A stretch of DNA of 28,325 nucleotides. Source: Nanopusillaceae archaeon (GTDB taxonomy: Archaea; Nanobdellota; Nanobdellia; Nanobdellales; Nanobdellaceae). A model generated the notes under the pieces. That model saw only the letters and a list, made by a program, of their open reading frames with translations. It was not told the origin of the DNA and searched no databases. Location: assembly GCA_038735675.1 (NCBI GenBank), contig JAVYNJ010000006.1, forward strand, positions 1 through 28,325. Reading direction: 5' to 3'. Position 1 is the stretch's first letter; each line of letters opens with the position of its first letter. Shown here in pieces: positions 26,298 through 28,325 of the stretch. Both the position numbers and the translations under genes were made by a program.

Positions 26298-28325
26298 ATG
26301 GAAAAAAATAATGACTCTGAAATTAGATTCTATGAAATGTTGAGAGATGCTTTCATTGGTGCGAAAATAAAGGAAATGGGGGGAGAATCTGGTTATATAA
26401 ATCTAATGAAAATAAAATCAAAATATTTTTTTGATGTAATATTTCCTAAATTAAAAGAAGAGATTGAAGAGAAAACTAAGGAATTTCCCGAATTCAAAAA
26501 TGAGATTTATAATAAACTTTATAGTTTTTTCAAAAGATATTTTAGTGAAAGTGGTTCTATATATTTTGTTAGTACTCCATTTTCAGAAAGAATTTATGAA
26601 AGAGTTTATACAGACAGTGAAGATGTAATTTTATTCTGGAAAACTCATATGCTATATTATGTTAAAACTGACAGAGTTTTTAAAGACATGGAAATAAAAT
26701 TAGAAGAATTAGATGGTATTAAATTCTTTTTTGATACATCAAAACTAGAACATAAAAAAGCATGGGAAAAAAGAGATATCGTTTTTGAGCTTAAGGATGT
26801 AAAAAAAGATGTAAAAGACAATAACATTATTATCTCATTTTATGTTTTTTATTCCGAAAGGGGAATAAAAACAAATATAGAAAACATAATAAAAGAGCTA
26901 AAGACTAAAGGAATTAAAATAAATGAAGAAATTCTGGAAAAAGCATTTAAAATTTTTGAAAAACAAAGCGAAGTTGATTATTTTATAAATAAGAATGCTA
27001 GACAATTCTTAAAAGAACAATTTGATTTATGGCTTTATCAATATATTTATTCAGATGAAACGGATTTTTCTGAAAGAAGAATAAAGCAATTAAAAATATT
27101 GAAAGAAATTGCTTATAAAATAATTGATTTTATTTCTCAATTTGAAGAAGAACTAGTAAAAATCTGGAATAAACCAAAATTTATTCTTAATTCTAACTAT
27201 GTTATAACTTTAGATAGAATAGCAAAGAAAGGAGAAAAGGGAATTAAACTAATAGAGAAAATAATTAATCATTCCGGCTTTGAAGAGCAAGTTAAGGAAT
27301 GGAAAGAACTGGGAATAATAGAAAATTTTGATAAAAATAAGCTTTTTATAAGAACTCTTAATGGAAAAGATTTAAACAAAGAATATCAGTTTTTACCAAT
27401 AGACACGAAATATTTTGATGAAGAAATTAAATATGAACTACTTTCTTTGTTTGACAACTTGGATCAAGAATTAGATGGCTGGCTTATAAAAAGTGAAAAT
27501 TATCAAGCATTAATTACTATTTTACCAAAATTCAAAGAAAAAGTACAAACAATATATATAGATCCTCCATTTAATAAAGAACAGGATGCTGATTATTTCT
27601 ATTCTGTGAAATTTAAAGATGCAACATGGGCAACAATGCTTGAGAATAGATTAAGACTTGCCAGAGAATTCTTAAAAGATACAGGAAGTATTTTTGTTAG
27701 ATGTGATTATAATGGAAATTGGATTGTTAGAGCTATAATGAATGAGATTTTTGGAAAAGAGAACTTTAGGAATGAGATAGTAGTTAAAAGAGGATCCCCT
27801 AAAGCAGGACTATTTGAACAGTTTGAGAAGCTGAAATCAATCGGAGTAACGTATGATAATCTTTATTTATTTTCGAAAAACCCTGAAGCAAGATGGGGAG
27901 GCTTTACTAAAGTTTTGGGAGAAAAAAGAAGAGGTTATTGGACGAGCTTTAAAAAAATATATGATAGACCTACTATGCGATATGAAATAGAAGGTATTAC
28001 ATTGGAAAAGGGGCAATGGATGTGGAATAAAGAGAGAGCTTATAAAGCAGTTGAAAATTATAAAAAGTATTTAGAAATTAGTAAAAAAACAGGAGAAACA
28101 CTGGAAGAATACTGGGAAAGAACGGGTAGAGTCTTAGAGTTTGTAAGAAGACATAATGATACAATTCAATATTGGGTGCCCCCTAAAGAAAACATTTTAC
28201 TTGATAATAATTGGCTTGATATTCCAGGTTATTCTTCTGGATGGGGGTTCAAAACCGAAAACTCCGAGATCCTTCTTAAACGTATCATAGAATCTACATC
28301 TAACGAAGGTGATTCAATCATGGAT
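26298..28325 (+). CDS. Type III Mod-like (beta-class N6A/N4C) DNA methyltransferase with a ~410-aa N-terminal extension; the ORF runs off the right edge
   Basis: I translated 676 codons by hand with no stop: MEKNNDSEIRFYEMLRDAF... Motif IV is IYIDPPFN (DPPF at 27561..27572), followed by W..ML..RL.LAREFLKDTGSIFV, IMNEIFGKENF and FKTENSEILLKRIIESTSNEGDSIMD, the segment that precedes the FxGSG motif I in beta-class enzymes. It is absent from the ORF track because it has no stop in the window. Confidence 0.8.
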   Translation, partial: MEKNNDSEIRFYEMLRDAFIGAKIKEMGGESGYINLMKIKSKYFFDVIFPKLKEEIEEKTKEFPEFKNEIYNKLYSFFKRYFSESGSIYFVSTPFSERIYERVYTDSEDVILFWKTHMLYYVKTDRVFKDMEIKLEELDGIKFFFDTSKLEHKKAWEKRDIVFELKDVKKDVKDNNIIISFYVFYSERGIKTNIENIIKELKTKGIKINEEILEKAFKIFEKQSEVDYFINKNARQFLKEQFDLWLYQYIYSDETDFSERRIKQLKILKEIAYKIIDFISQFEEELVKIWNKPKFILNSNYVITLDRIAKKGEKGIKLIEKIINHSGFEEQVKEWKELGIIENFDKNKLFIRTLNGKDLNKEYQFLPIDTKYFDEEIKYELLSLFDNLDQELDGWLIKSENYQALITILPKFKEKVQTIYIDPPFNKEQDADYFYSVKFKDATWATMLENRLRLAREFLKDTGSIFVRCDYNGNWIVRAIMNEIFGKENFRNEIVVKRGSPKAGLFEQFEKLKSIGVTYDNLYLFSKNPEARWGGFTKVLGEKRRGYWTSFKKIYDRPTMRYEIEGITLEKGQWMWNKERAYKAVENYKKYLEISKKTGETLEEYWERTGRVLEFVRRHNDTIQYWVPPKENILLDNNWLDIPGYSSGWGFKTENSEILLKRIIESTSNEGDSIMD

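Noticed and set aside
28245-28256. GGGTTCAAAACC inside the methyltransferase gene as a possible att repeat of the tRNA-Glu T-arm (GGGTTCAAATCC)
   Set aside because: It is only a 9-nt exact match, lies inside a coding region, and no integrase or other mobile-element gene is visible. It is most likely chance.

Overview
Strongly AT-rich archaeal DNA in which only the structural RNAs are GC-rich. This pattern fits a thermophilic, genome-reduced archaeon. 16S signatures (5' helix CCCGTTGATCCTGCGGGG, a substituted 530 loop) point to a Nanoarchaeota/DPANN-like lineage, but no database search was possible. The window holds unlinked, convergently oriented 16S (+) and 23S (-) rRNA genes, each with its own 17-bp processing stem. 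It also holds tRNA-His, tRNA-Glu and a 233-nt GC-rich RNA that I read as a miniaturised RNase P RNA. Ribosomal protein genes are scattered: eL41, uS19, eL37-uS5-uL30-uL16, and uL15-eL19. Other recognisable genes are proS, hisS, a catalytic-domain-only archaeosine TGT, a FlaI-like ATPase facing two FlaJ/TadBC-like half genes, a Sec61beta-like ORF, a MinD/ParA ATPase, an 87-aa Dph2 N-terminal fragment, a HAD hydrolase and a GT2-GtrA glycosyltransferase. A tight four-gene minus-strand operon (HIT-like, NTase-HEPN fusion, COG1407 metallophosphoesterase, Lhr helicase) sits at the left edge. A long open-ended type III Mod-like DNA methyltransferase sits next to tRNA-Glu at the right edge. Gene packing is extreme, with ATGA or 1-nt overlaps and a 1-nt gap between hisS and tRNA-His. 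I saw no CRISPR array, transposase, integrase, reverse transcriptase or rRNA intron. The most notable items are the reduced RNase P RNA, the hisS/tRNA-His fusion-like junction, the HIT/NTase-HEPN/MPE/Lhr cluster, and several eroded or split-looking housekeeping genes (Zn-less ArcTGT, Dph2 fragment, split FlaJ, degenerate HIT). All functional calls rest on motif recognition by eye. rRNA ends are approximate to about 15 nt.
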